64,000 nt of DNA from a virus (lineage: Duplodnaviria > Heunggongvirae > Uroviricota > Caudoviricetes). The stretch's first letter is position 1, and the number at the start of each line of letters is the position of its first letter. The notes under the pieces were generated by a model. The model was not told the DNA's origin, ran no database searches, and was given only the letters and a program-made list of their open reading frames with translations. The position numbers and the translations under genes were made by a program. The DNA lies in IMG/VR virus record IMGVR_UViG_3300033233_000005. One strand, 5' to 3'. Below, one piece after another: positions 8,993-18,289 of this stretch.

Positions 8993-9171
8993 TCAAGAAA
9001 CCACGCGATGAATGGGTGATAGTTATGCCCATCGATGACTTCTTCCCAAGAAATAGGGTTTTAGCAGTTTGTCTATCCAAATGGAAGGCTGCCTTGGTCG
9101 GATGGATCATTAACTACCTGATTGATCCGCTGGTTGAATCGTACCAGTTCGTAGATGAGGAGGACAAATGA
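8989..9171 (+). CDS. small protein with degenerate DPL tail
   Basis: ATGA; ...INYLIDPLVESYQF. Confidence 0.45.
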   Translation: MIKKPRDEWVIVMPIDDFFPRNRVLAVCLSKWKAALVGWIINYLIDPLVESYQFVDEEDK

Positions 9172-9476
9172 TCATTGTCGTCGCGTTCGATGTTGACAAT
9201 ACACTGATCTGGCAAGAAGCCGATTTGGTCGGCGGAGTTTTGGTTCCCAAGGGTGAACCAGCGCCGCACTACAAGAACATCGATCTGTTCAAGCACTTCG
9301 AACGGTGCGGCTGCCACATGGTGATCTGGTCTGGCGGCGGAATGGATTACGCCAAGCGCTGGGCCGAGAAGCTGGGCCTCAAGGCTGAAATCAGGGAGAA
9401 GAAATTGGCTAACGTAGTGGACATTGCCGTGGATGACCAGGATGTCATACTCGGTAAGGTCAATCTCAAGGTCTAA
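9168..9476 (+). CDS. minimal HAD-superfamily phosphatase-like protein
   Basis: ATGA; N-terminal VVAFDVDNTL (HAD motif I DxDxT). Confidence 0.5.
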   Translation: MIIVVAFDVDNTLIWQEADLVGGVLVPKGEPAPHYKNIDLFKHFERCGCHMVIWSGGGMDYAKRWAEKLGLKAEIREKKLANVVDIAVDDQDVILGKVNLKV

Positions 9477-9485
9477 GGAGGAAAC

Positions 9486-9692
9486 ATGCATTTCGACAAG
9501 AAGGCCGCCTGGCGAGCCTTGGAGATCGGATTAATGGCGTTGGGCATCTGGCACATGGTTGACCGGTTCATCACCGCTGCCGAGAATATCACATATTACA
9601 ACAGGCCGGGACAGGCGCAGGAAGGTGACGACCACACGGACTATGACAGCAAGGCCCCCTTCTCTACGACAGTGTCGGAAGATACCCGATGA
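9486..9692 (+). CDS. hypothetical membrane protein
   Basis: GGAGG RBS; hydrophobic helix. Confidence 0.45.
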   Translation: MHFDKKAAWRALEIGLMALGIWHMVDRFITAAENITYYNRPGQAQEGDDHTDYDSKAPFSTTVSEDTR

Positions 9693-9795
9693 CGCACGAA
9701 CCTGGAATCGTAGATGTCATTCAGTTCTACCACATGCATCCTGGCGCTTGGATTGCGGTTGGTATACTGGTTCTGGTTGCATACCTGGTCAGCCG

Positions 9796-9987
9796 ATGAA
9801 GATCAATTGGAAGAAGGCTTGGTATGCCTACCAACGTCTCAGTGTAAACGATAGGATTAAATTCATCCGCGCACTCTACTCAGAACTGGCCGACCCTGCA
9901 AATGTCGATCCACATAAGAAGTTGATCAAAGATGCATGGCGGAAATGGTGCAACATAGAGATGCGGTTGATCGTAGTAAAAGCATGA
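9796..9987 (+). CDS. hypothetical protein
   Basis: ATGA-coupled MKINWKKAWYAY... Confidence 0.4.
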   Translation: MKINWKKAWYAYQRLSVNDRIKFIRALYSELADPANVDPHKKLIKDAWRKWCNIEMRLIVVKA

Positions 9988-10334
9988 TATTTACACTGGT
10001 CCAGTGGGAAAGTAATATCGGTACCCAGCTGGGCGTGATTCTGTTTAAACATCACGTATGGGAGATTGGTGATATTGGTGTTGCCACCAGTGACCACAAT
10101 GACAAGACGCCTAAGATCGGGATGTATCCTAGTACCAAGGAGATAGAAGAGGTGAAAGTGGTAGCTGATTATCTTGACTATAATCTTGATTTTGATGGTT
10201 GTATCACAGGAGAAGGCTCGCACGTAAGGTATCCTTTGTCATTGGTGGCTGCATCTTTGGAGAAGTTTGATGGACCACTGACGCTCAACAAGCACGGGTG
10301 GCTGACAATACCTTATCTTGAGGAGGGGAAATGA
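9984..10334 (+). CDS. hypothetical protein
   Basis: ATGA-coupled; 116 aa. Confidence 0.45.
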   Translation: MIFTLVQWESNIGTQLGVILFKHHVWEIGDIGVATSDHNDKTPKIGMYPSTKEIEEVKVVADYLDYNLDFDGCITGEGSHVRYPLSLVAASLEKFDGPLTLNKHGWLTIPYLEEGK

Positions 10335-10606
10335 TCGGGCGCACCCTGCTTCGCACATTGTTTACGCCGCGATGCCAATTTGCCGGTACGACACCTGACC
10401 TGTTTGAGAATCACCTTCGATACATGCGGTCGGTCAAAAGCCGTCATGGAGGTCTGGTATTCAGGATTCTACCCAATATCTATGTGGTATCCGGCCACCG
10501 TCCGGATGGCATGCTCGCCATAGCAATTAGTCACCCGGTCAAGAGCATGGTAGGATGGATTCCTGGATACGGCACGTTTAGGTGGTTTGCCTGGAGTCCT
10601 CGATGA
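10331..10606 (+). CDS. hypothetical protein
   Basis: ATGA-coupled. Confidence 0.45.
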   Translation: MIGRTLLRTLFTPRCQFAGTTPDLFENHLRYMRSVKSRHGGLVFRILPNIYVVSGHRPDGMLAIAISHPVKSMVGWIPGYGTFRWFAWSPR

Positions 10607-10848
10607 TCCTGGTCTACGCGTCGCTACTAATCATCACGGTAACGTCCTTCGTAGGTTATATGCACGACTGTGTTACCCACTGTGTACGACGCCCCAATAC
10701 CGGCATGGATGGTTGGTGTGATACAATCGGTCCGTTCCATTTGAGGGGATATCGTGCCAACGGTAAGGGAGACGTAGTTTGGATAATTAGGTGCAAAGAC
10801 AAGATCATCTGGTCTACAATCGTCAATCTACCAATCCAGGAGGTATGA
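10603..10848 (+). CDS. hypothetical membrane/Cys-containing protein
   Basis: ATGA-coupled. Confidence 0.45.
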   Translation: MILVYASLLIITVTSFVGYMHDCVTHCVRRPNTGMDGWCDTIGPFHLRGYRANGKGDVVWIIRCKDKIIWSTIVNLPIQEV

Positions 10849-11162
10849 TGGGAGACGAAGAAATCAGGTTCTACACTTGCGTCGACGGACATGCCTTCGG
10901 ATTTAACGTTGGTGGAGTGGATTTTGGCTGTAGCCCAATGGATGATGAATTCACTGCACACAGAGTTAGCAGTATGCCAATCACAAAACGGTTGAATGAC
11001 AATGATGAACTGCCTATCTGGTTTATACAGCAAGGGCATAGCTTCACTACCAAACAGCTATTGGATACGTTGCGTGGGATGCGGAATCTCTTTACCGATC
11101 CCGAATTTGAGAACAAAAACATTCCATTCAGGGTGAATCAGGAGGACGACAATGCGGATTAA
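10846..11162 (+). CDS. hypothetical protein with variant tail LFTDPEF
   Basis: GGAGG RBS; ...RGMRNLFTDPEFENKNIPF. Confidence 0.45.
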
Positions 11163-11352
11163 AGAGGAGGTTATCGGCACCGACAATCCCTCCGTATGGA
11201 GGAAGGCGCAGCAAATGATGATCAAAATGAAGGACAAGCGCTGCACCCTCTGTCCTCCCCACGGCGGTGAGAATTCCCGCAAGGGACGCAAAATCAAAAA
11301 GAACTGGAAGAAGAAGCGTAAGATCAAATACCAGGTGAAGGAGGTTCAATGA
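11152..11352 (+). CDS. small basic protein with CxxC...HGG
   Basis: RBS CAGGAGG; Lys/Arg-rich. Confidence 0.45.
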   Translation: MRIKEEVIGTDNPSVWRKAQQMMIKMKDKRCTLCPPHGGENSRKGRKIKKNWKKKRKIKYQVKEVQ

Positions 11353-11762
11353 ACACGATTGTGATTGCGCAGTTCAGGGATAAGCACGGTGGGGTCTATT
11401 ATGGTCCGGTAGAGGTCATTGATGGGGCACCGCCCAAGACGGCCACGCTGGAACAGCACGCTGGTATGTTCGAATACGACCACGATGATCACCAGCCCGT
11501 CTATCAGGAGGTGTGAAGTGACGCTTATTACCAGTGGACTAAGATTCCGGGCACGGCACTTCATGAAGCGGTTCATCTACACGCGCCTGATCTGGGACGG
11601 GCACGAGCTGACGGCATTTGACGAAGCCAACCAGCCGAATGGCACAGCGGAGTTCGTGCCCGGATCGCCTGCCCATCGTGCGTTCCTGCACCTGCTGGAC
11701 GCATGCCAGGGCGTAGCCCCCTTTGAAGAGGAATCGGTCTAATCCACAACCAAGGAGGACCA

Positions 11763-12083
11763 GTGAAAATCACAGCAACCGATGAGCAGATCAGTCAGAT
11801 GTGCGCGAATGCCATCAATGCATCTATGGCAGTTGGGATGGGGTTCCTGCACTATAAGGAAGGACACGTCTTCAAGGCCAGCGAGGTGCAGGTCTCGCAG
11901 CCCGGTGTGTTCCTCGACTACGTGGAAGGACGGATGGTGAAGCTGACGGTGCGGCGGATCGGGATGGGCAACACCTGGGATCTGCCCGACAGCGAGCCGA
12001 CGTACGATTACCAGTCCTGGGTGACCAAGTACAAGACCTATCTGGACCTGGCCGCGTCCGTGCCCGGCATCGAGTTGGTCTGA
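11763..12083 (+). CDS. hypothetical protein (high-GC)
   Basis: GTG after AAGGAGG. Confidence 0.5.
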   Translation: MKITATDEQISQMCANAINASMAVGMGFLHYKEGHVFKASEVQVSQPGVFLDYVEGRMVKLTVRRIGMGNTWDLPDSEPTYDYQSWVTKYKTYLDLAASVPGIELV

Positions 12084-12292
12084 TGATACTCAGGATGTTC
12101 TGGCTGATGATTGGTGGTATGGTAACTGGCTTGGGACTGGGGGCACTGTTCTTTGGTCATGATCCGCGTTGGATGAGTTGGGGTGCATTACTGGCTGGTG
12201 TTGGTATGTTTAATGTTCTGATCTCTGGGCAGAGCCTGATTCGCCGTGTGTTTGACGTCATCTCTGGACACCGGGCGGTCACGAATATATGA
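12083..12292 (+). CDS. hypothetical membrane protein
   Basis: TGATG overlap; two transmembrane helices. Confidence 0.45.
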   Translation: MILRMFWLMIGGMVTGLGLGALFFGHDPRWMSWGALLAGVGMFNVLISGQSLIRRVFDVISGHRAVTNI

Positions 12293-12516
12293 AGAAAGCT
12301 ACGATCGTCATCCACCTCAAGAATGGGACGCGTCACCTGCTGGAAGTCAGGGGGTTCAACGTTCCCGAGGCTGGTCGATTTCCAGGTCTGTCCATGTCAT
12401 CCAGGGATAAGGCAATATACTGGATGGAGGAATTTGGTCGCAATCACGGTGCTACGGTTGACGGCGTGTTCTATCCGCTGCACCAGATCAAGAAGATGGA
12501 AGTGAAGGGCGGATAA
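12289..12516 (+). CDS. hypothetical protein
   Basis: ATGA-coupled. Confidence 0.45.
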   Translation: MKKATIVIHLKNGTRHLLEVRGFNVPEAGRFPGLSMSSRDKAIYWMEEFGRNHGATVDGVFYPLHQIKKMEVKGG

Positions 12517-12749
12517 TGCCTCTCCTCAAAGGGCCACCTTGGATATGGAAGGTGACCTATGAGGATGATAGGTTCTCAGTTAAATATAACGTCCTGGGAC
12601 CTAGGACCGGCGTCTATTGGGCACAGGACAAAGAGATCCCGCAATTCAGCTTCCGAGCTTCGGCACTGCACGCTGCCCTGTTGGGTATCTGGTTGAAGTC
12701 CAAGTTTGTTGACGTCAAGGAATACAATGAAACACCAAGGAGGAAGTGA
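12516..12749 (+). CDS. hypothetical protein
   Basis: TAATG overlap. Confidence 0.45.
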   Translation: MPLLKGPPWIWKVTYEDDRFSVKYNVLGPRTGVYWAQDKEIPQFSFRASALHAALLGIWLKSKFVDVKEYNETPRRK

Positions 12750-12894
12750 TGGATATACTAGAAACCAAATACGCGGATGTTGCAGGTGCTGGCATGGATA
12801 AATTGGGTAGCTATCTCACAAATGTAGTAGCGGCGGTGATCTTGTTTCCGTTCTGGTTGATTGGTCTGATGGTTAAGAAGAGACCACTAATTAA

Positions 12895-13206
12895 ATGAAG
12901 GCGGTCTTCAAGTACGTCATCCCAGTGGTTGACGAATTCACGATGGAGATGCCCAAAGGGGCGCAGATTCTCACGGTGCAGGCGCAACGTGGAGTCCCTT
13001 GTATCTGGGCGCTGGTCGATCCGGAAATGGAGAACGAGGAACGATCGTTCGTTATGCGGGGCACTGGCCATCCCATTGATGATAACATGGTTCCGTTCCT
13101 AAATTACGTTGGTACGATGCAGATGATGGAAGGCACATTGATCTGGCACCTATTTGAGAAATGGAAGGTCATGCCCGCCAAACCACTCGTAGGGAGGGTA
13201 CCGTAA
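12895..13206 (+). CDS. hypothetical protein
   Basis: 103 aa ORF. Confidence 0.5.
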   Translation: MKAVFKYVIPVVDEFTMEMPKGAQILTVQAQRGVPCIWALVDPEMENEERSFVMRGTGHPIDDNMVPFLNYVGTMQMMEGTLIWHLFEKWKVMPAKPLVGRVP

Positions 13207-13207
13207 T

Positions 13208-13585
13208 ATGAATCCCGAGCTGTACAGCAGGATCATCGAAGTGGAGGTTGAGGCGGCTAAAGCCTGCCTGGCCGATGAGGATATCACGATGGAGGTGAGC
13301 GCCAAGGCTGCGGTTCTGCCTCACGACCTGACCGAAGACGAGTTGACCATCTGCAAGCATATGCTCAAGCACGGGATCGATCTCCCGTCGGACACGCAGT
13401 TGATCCGCCAGATCATCTGGGAGAACGGCAAGTTTCACGCGATGCAGGTGTTCAAGGACATGTTGGCCCACGCGATGGGCATGCAGATTCCGGACGGCGA
13501 CGAGCCGGAGCCTGCGGGAACCAGGGGTCTCAAGCCTCTGGACCCGCACATGCAGAAGATCGTCAGGCAGGCGCACAACAATTAG
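13208..13585 (+). CDS. hypothetical protein
   Basis: 125 aa ORF, acidic. Confidence 0.5.
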   Translation: MNPELYSRIIEVEVEAAKACLADEDITMEVSAKAAVLPHDLTEDELTICKHMLKHGIDLPSDTQLIRQIIWENGKFHAMQVFKDMLAHAMGMQIPDGDEPEPAGTRGLKPLDPHMQKIVRQAHNN

Positions 13586-13599
13586 ATAGGAGGTGAACC

Positions 13600-13917
13600 A
13601 TGGACACCCTGCCACACCTGGATGCGATATTAACTGCTATCCGTATGGTGCTGGCTGAATCTGAGAAGGAGACCCAATTAAAGACATTTGATGGGCACAA
13701 CCTCAGGGCGATGTTACGGGACATGTACGATCGGGTATCGTCTCGCAAGACGATGATAGTCCGCAAGGTAGAAACGATGGAGCCGCTGACCGAATCCGAG
13801 CGTAGCCTGGTTTATCATGGTGAGGTACTTGCCACTATTCAGTTATACAAGGATCGAACCGGCAGTGGGATGATTGAATCACGCAACCGCGTTGATTACG
13901 AACGCGCACAGATGTAA
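13600..13917 (+). CDS. hypothetical protein
   Basis: RBS AGGAGG. Confidence 0.55.
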   Translation: MDTLPHLDAILTAIRMVLAESEKETQLKTFDGHNLRAMLRDMYDRVSSRKTMIVRKVETMEPLTESERSLVYHGEVLATIQLYKDRTGSGMIESRNRVDYERAQM

Positions 13918-13929
13918 AGGAGGGAATCA

Positions 13930-14322
13930 GTGGAAGCAAGAGTCGCTGTAAGCGTACAAATGGAGAATTTGAAGGCACATGTATTCGATCTGGCTATGAT
14001 GTCGGGCGCGCTGGTGCTGGGAGTCCTGCACATCGTAACTGACGGGTTTGTGATCCGCCATCTCTGGAACTGGTTCGTCGTGCCGGGTATTCACGTTGCC
14101 CGTATTACCCAGGTAACCGGCATGGGGTTGAATCTCCTGGTCGGCCTGCCGCTCCTGCCCTGCGCGATGCTCATGCGCGATACGCTCAGGGAAATCCGGA
14201 AGCTAGACACGGGGGATGCCAAACAGTCACCTACGGCGATGTTCACTACCGTATTGATAGCACACTGCGCGTCCATGATGGTCTGGTGCACCGGATACGT
14301 CATCCACAGGTGGTGGATATAA
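13930..14322 (+). CDS. hypothetical membrane protein
   Basis: GTG after AAGGAGGG; multiple transmembrane helices. Confidence 0.5.
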   Translation: MEARVAVSVQMENLKAHVFDLAMMSGALVLGVLHIVTDGFVIRHLWNWFVVPGIHVARITQVTGMGLNLLVGLPLLPCAMLMRDTLREIRKLDTGDAKQSPTAMFTTVLIAHCASMMVWCTGYVIHRWWI

Positions 14323-14705
14323 TGATCTTCTGGATGATAGTGATAAGTCTGATTGCATTTACTCTGAATGCGATTGTGGCAATGCGGCATTGGTGGCACA
14401 GAAACACGATGGGCGCTGCGGTTAATACGATCATTGCATTGCTCGCTCTATATGCTGGCGTATGCGGCGTTCTCCCATGGCGCTGCTGGAATTGCCATCA
14501 CATCACGGCCGTTTGGACCTATCATGTCAGTCACAGTGCACCGAACTATATGGGGTGGTGTAGAGTTGGAACGGAACATTGCCTCCGGTGCGGCGCAGAG
14601 GCGCACACTACGACCACGTTGGATCGAGATGTTAATATCACCGTTAGGCTGCAGGATGGTGGTTGCCCGCACACCGTTGCCACGAGACCAGACCATGAAA
14701 TCTGA
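14286..14705 (+). CDS. hypothetical membrane protein, Cys/His/Trp-rich
   Basis: 139 aa ORF. Confidence 0.4.
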   Translation: MHRIRHPQVVDIMIFWMIVISLIAFTLNAIVAMRHWWHRNTMGAAVNTIIALLALYAGVCGVLPWRCWNCHHITAVWTYHVSHSAPNYMGWCRVGTEHCLRCGAEAHTTTTLDRDVNITVRLQDGGCPHTVATRPDHEI

Positions 14706-15102
14706 CTTTAAGGACATACGTGACCGAATCGCAGAAGAACCTACGTGGTTCGATGCGATCGGTACACCCCGATACGGTCCATTTGATCCTGAACTCTGTC
14801 CGGACATCTATGCCAACGAGGTGCTGCTGGTAGAGATCGGATGCCAGGCCTGTAAGAAACAGTTTATGGTGGAGATGCATACTGATCGCTGGCTCCACAG
14901 CAGCCCGGCCCTCAGTGGTATGATTAAGGAGGGCAATTTGGGATACATACACTACGGTGACCCGCCATATCACAATTGCGTCGGTGACACTATGAACTGC
15001 CTGGACATCAAGGTCATAGAATTCTGGAGTAAGGACACCAGCACCCTTGACTGGATACGGGTGCCTGAACTGGAAATCAATCTACCAGACAAGGAGGTCT
15101 GA
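14695..15102 (+). CDS. hypothetical Cys-containing protein
   Basis: ATGA-coupled internal start MKSDFKDIRD... Confidence 0.45.
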   Translation: MKSDFKDIRDRIAEEPTWFDAIGTPRYGPFDPELCPDIYANEVLLVEIGCQACKKQFMVEMHTDRWLHSSPALSGMIKEGNLGYIHYGDPPYHNCVGDTMNCLDIKVIEFWSKDTSTLDWIRVPELEINLPDKEV

Positions 15103-15491
15103 TGGTACTGAACATCAGCTGGTTGACGCGTATCTTCAATAAGATAACATCGCGCTCGCCCGAGATGTCAGCAGTGCAGAAGCCCAATCCATATGATAAC
15201 CGGCAACCCACGTGGTACAAGATGGGCGGAATTTGGGGTGACAGGATAGAATGGATGCACGAGATGAAGGATGACGGAACCGGCAGGATCGTCGGATGGA
15301 AAACTCCTGCCCCCGAGCCGGGCGATTTTATCATCTGCCCGATGCGGAGCGGCAAGACAGGCCAGTTCAGACTTATGAAGATCGAACGGTGCAACGATCC
15401 TCGCGATATGTTCTTTGCTGACGTCAAATGGGCAGGCTACTTCGGTAACGATAATCGCATGGCGGAGGATAAGAGTGGCAATCCTGTTTGA
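15102..15491 (+). CDS. hypothetical protein
   Basis: GGAGG RBS, TGATG overlap. Confidence 0.5.
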   Translation: MVLNISWLTRIFNKITSRSPEMSAVQKPNPYDNRQPTWYKMGGIWGDRIEWMHEMKDDGTGRIVGWKTPAPEPGDFIICPMRSGKTGQFRLMKIERCNDPRDMFFADVKWAGYFGNDNRMAEDKSGNPV

Positions 15492-15531
15492 ATATTGGTG
15501 GTATAAGATCGATTTCTGGTTCTATTGGACC

Positions 15532-16002
15532 ATGATCAAGCCATGGGATTGGGTCAGGTGGAAGGCGTATGTTTTGTCCTGGAGGTGGATTAATCGCATC
15601 CCCTGGATCTCATGGAAGAAGCGTAGCAAGCACCCGGCAACTAGTTGGTTGTTGTGGAAGGTATTTAACCTGACCAAACACGATGACTTCTGGGGCCAAG
15701 ACATCATTGTTAAGATTGATCCAACCAAGGTCATGCCGGTTTCCATCTGGATTGTCAAATTGGTGATGCAGGCCAGACAGTGTAGCAGGAATGAAGCTAG
15801 CCGCCTGATCAAACAGGGTAGTGTTCTACTGGATTATGACTGTGATTTGAAAACTGGAAAACTGAGTTGGGCCAAGATCACCGACCCTACCAAATCAGTA
15901 GAGTTAATGTTTGGTTCAGTATTGTGGGTCGGTAAGGATCGACCCTTCAGGGTAAGATACGGCTTTATCGATTTCATGCGGTGGGGATACTGGTATCCAT
16001 GA
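15532..16002 (+). CDS. hypothetical protein
   Basis: ATGA start MIKPWDW within ORF 15415..16002. Confidence 0.4.
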   Translation: MIKPWDWVRWKAYVLSWRWINRIPWISWKKRSKHPATSWLLWKVFNLTKHDDFWGQDIIVKIDPTKVMPVSIWIVKLVMQARQCSRNEASRLIKQGSVLLDYDCDLKTGKLSWAKITDPTKSVELMFGSVLWVGKDRPFRVRYGFIDFMRWGYWYP

Positions 16003-17825
16003 AATATCTAGAAGACGATTTTGAACGGGCTAGAAGGAAGGATAATCTGCCTAATGATGCGGTGGACGCAATCAGGGCGTATGGAATAAAGAATGTTGCA
16101 TCGATATTCCCAGATAAGGATGATATAGAATTGCTGGGATACGTTCCAACCACAACAAGGAGAGACATGACCAAAGAGCAGCTGATTACCAGCATGAAGG
16201 AAGCTCTGAAAGGAGCCAGGGAGAAGTTGGCACAGGTTGAACCCTTGGTAGCACGTCTGAAGTCCCCTCCCCTCAGCAGCGGGATCGTAATCAGTTTGAC
16301 CGAGATCGAATTGCCGATTATCGAATCCACCGCCATCAAGAAAGGGTCCAGGGTCCATCTCCGCACGGATAGTCCTTACGCTGATCAGAGCAGTACCGAT
16401 GGTACGGTGACCGAGACACGGGGAGAGGATGAAGGTCAGGTCGCTACCGTCAAGTGGGATGACGGTGGAAGGGACGGTTATGTGGTCAAGCGGGATCTGG
16501 AACCGGCTGCGGTAAATGGTCCTCCCAAGACCAAAAAGGTCCCTGCGGCTGTGACGGTGATGGACGGGCAGATGGTTATCCTGCGAGCTGACGGTATCAA
16601 GGCGAATCCGGGTGATACGGTGCTGATTCATCGGGAAGCCGGGGTCATCGTGGGTCCCGCTCCGTTCCAGATGACCGGTACGATCGCCAGTGTGATGAAG
16701 GCTGAGGGAGATCACATCGAGATCGCGTGGCAGGGCGGCACGCACACGATCATGCGAGCTGGGGTCGGCGCGGTCGAGGTCGGAGACAAGCTGGTGGTGG
16801 ATAACTCCGGATTCGCCGCCCTGCAGAACTTGGGGCAGGAGGAATCCCATACTCACGAGGATGCGACTGATGTGAGCTGGGACGATATCGGTGGACAGGA
16901 TGAGGCAAAGATGGCGATGCGGGAGGCGGTGGAGTTGAGCCGTACGCATGGTGAGCTGTTTCAGGGGTACAGCAAGCAGCAGACCAAGGGGATCCTGTTG
17001 TACGGTCCACCCGGCTGCGGGAAGACGATGCTGGCCAAGGCTGCGGCTACCGCCAATGCCAAGTTCGCCAAGGACACGGGAGCGAAAGGTGGATTCCTGT
17101 ACGTGAAGGGACCTGAGATCCTGAACCGATACGTGGGTGAGACTGAGGCTGCCATTCAGTCCCTCTATGCCGCAGCTAAGAAACACTTCAACAAGACCGG
17201 ATTCCCGGCGACCATCTGCATCGATGAAGCGGATGCCATCCTGGGAGAGCGGGGTTCGGGCAAGAGTTCTGATATCGAGCGCACGATCGTGCCGATGTTC
17301 CTCGCGGAAATGGACGGTCTGGAGAAGACGGGTGCTCTGACCATTCTCCTCACCAATCGGCCTGACGTGTTGGACCCGGCTGTGACGCGGGACGGACGCA
17401 TTGATCGGAGGGTGCGGGTGAGCCGACCCGATAAGGCGACGTCCAAGCAGATCATGGTACTATACCTTAAGAAGGCTCCCTTGGCAAGTGGGACATCGCT
17501 CGAAGAACTCGCGGCGACGGCTACGGATGCGATCTTTAACGAGCAACTGGTGGTCAACCGGTATCGAGAGATCACGCTGCACTTGGCTCATCTGGTGAAC
17601 GGGGCGACGTTGGCTGGTGTGGTGGAACGCGCCAAGTCTCGGGCCATGCACCGGGATATGGCGGCCAGGGTGAAGAAGGCGAGCGGTATCACGAAGGACG
17701 ATGTGATCGCTGCGGTCAAGGGCATCTACGAGGAGAGCCTGCACATCAACCATCGGGACGCGTTCCTGGAAGTGGCTGAGCGTCTCAATATCATGATGGA
17801 GGGAGTTACTCATGCCGGAACGTGA
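15999..17825 (+). CDS. AAA+ ATPase, Mpa/ARC (proteasome-associated unfoldase)-like
   Basis: Walker A GILLYGPPGCGKTMLAKA, Walker B ICIDEADAILG, second homology region NRPDVLDPAVTRDGRIDRRV; ARC-type insertion FLYVKGPEILNRYVGETE; OB-like N-terminal region. Confidence 0.8.
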   Translation: MKYLEDDFERARRKDNLPNDAVDAIRAYGIKNVASIFPDKDDIELLGYVPTTTRRDMTKEQLITSMKEALKGAREKLAQVEPLVARLKSPPLSSGIVISLTEIELPIIESTAIKKGSRVHLRTDSPYADQSSTDGTVTETRGEDEGQVATVKWDDGGRDGYVVKRDLEPAAVNGPPKTKKVPAAVTVMDGQMVILRADGIKANPGDTVLIHREAGVIVGPAPFQMTGTIASVMKAEGDHIEIAWQGGTHTIMRAGVGAVEVGDKLVVDNSGFAALQNLGQEESHTHEDATDVSWDDIGGQDEAKMAMREAVELSRTHGELFQGYSKQQTKGILLYGPPGCGKTMLAKAAATANAKFAKDTGAKGGFLYVKGPEILNRYVGETEAAIQSLYAAAKKHFNKTGFPATICIDEADAILGERGSGKSSDIERTIVPMFLAEMDGLEKTGALTILLTNRPDVLDPAVTRDGRIDRRVRVSRPDKATSKQIMVLYLKKAPLASGTSLEELAATATDAIFNEQLVVNRYREITLHLAHLVNGATLAGVVERAKSRAMHRDMAARVKKASGITKDDVIAAVKGIYEESLHINHRDAFLEVAERLNIMMEGVTHAGT

Positions 17826-18093
17826 ACAAAAGAACAAACCCCAACAACGGGCCAGAACATTTAGTAAGAAGCCTGTAGCCAAACCCAAGGCAGTTGAAAT
17901 GGGTGAGACCATCGATCTTGCTGACCGGGTACTGGCACACGTGGAGTTTGAGGAACAGGTAATCAAAGGAACGGTGAAAAGGAAGAAACGCAAGACCACA
18001 TGCGGATGTGACGGTGGATGCGGATGCTCAAAATGCACTCCAACCAGTTGCTGCGCCAAACCCGGTTGCAAGGAGAAAAACAACAATGAGTGA
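17812..18093 (+). CDS. small protein with Cys-rich C-terminus (CGCDGGCGCSKCTPTSCCAKPGCK)
   Basis: 93 aa ORF, basic N-terminus. Confidence 0.45.
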   Translation: MPEREQKNKPQQRARTFSKKPVAKPKAVEMGETIDLADRVLAHVEFEEQVIKGTVKRKKRKTTCGCDGGCGCSKCTPTSCCAKPGCKEKNNNE

Positions 18094-18289
18094 GCAAGAA
18101 CAGGTCAGGCGTCCACCTGTCAAGCAATTCGGTGGGGCGATGCAGGGTTCGGGCAGGGGATTGGGGTACAACACGGTCGATCTGGACGATGTCATGGCTG
18201 AGATCGACAAGGTATTGGACCTGGCCCAGAATTCTCATCAGATGCAGGAAGGAAAGACGGAACAGAAGGGCTGTGGGTGCTTCGGATGA
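18086..18289 (+). CDS. small acidic protein ending GCGCFG
   Basis: ATGAGTGA overlap; alternative frame 18090..18392 looks non-protein-like. Confidence 0.45.
   Translation: MSEQEQVRRPPVKQFGGAMQGSGRGLGYNTVDLDDVMAEIDKVLDLAQNSHQMQEGKTEQKGCGCFG

Noticed and set aside
4405-9171. Possible CRISPR array or DNA-level tandem repeat suggested by the recurring tttgatcccctttgggacgg strings
   Set aside because: Repeat units are 250-330 nt, each a full ORF. The conserved part varies at synonymous codon positions, and there are no short direct repeats with unique spacers. It is a protein-coding paralog array, not CRISPR.
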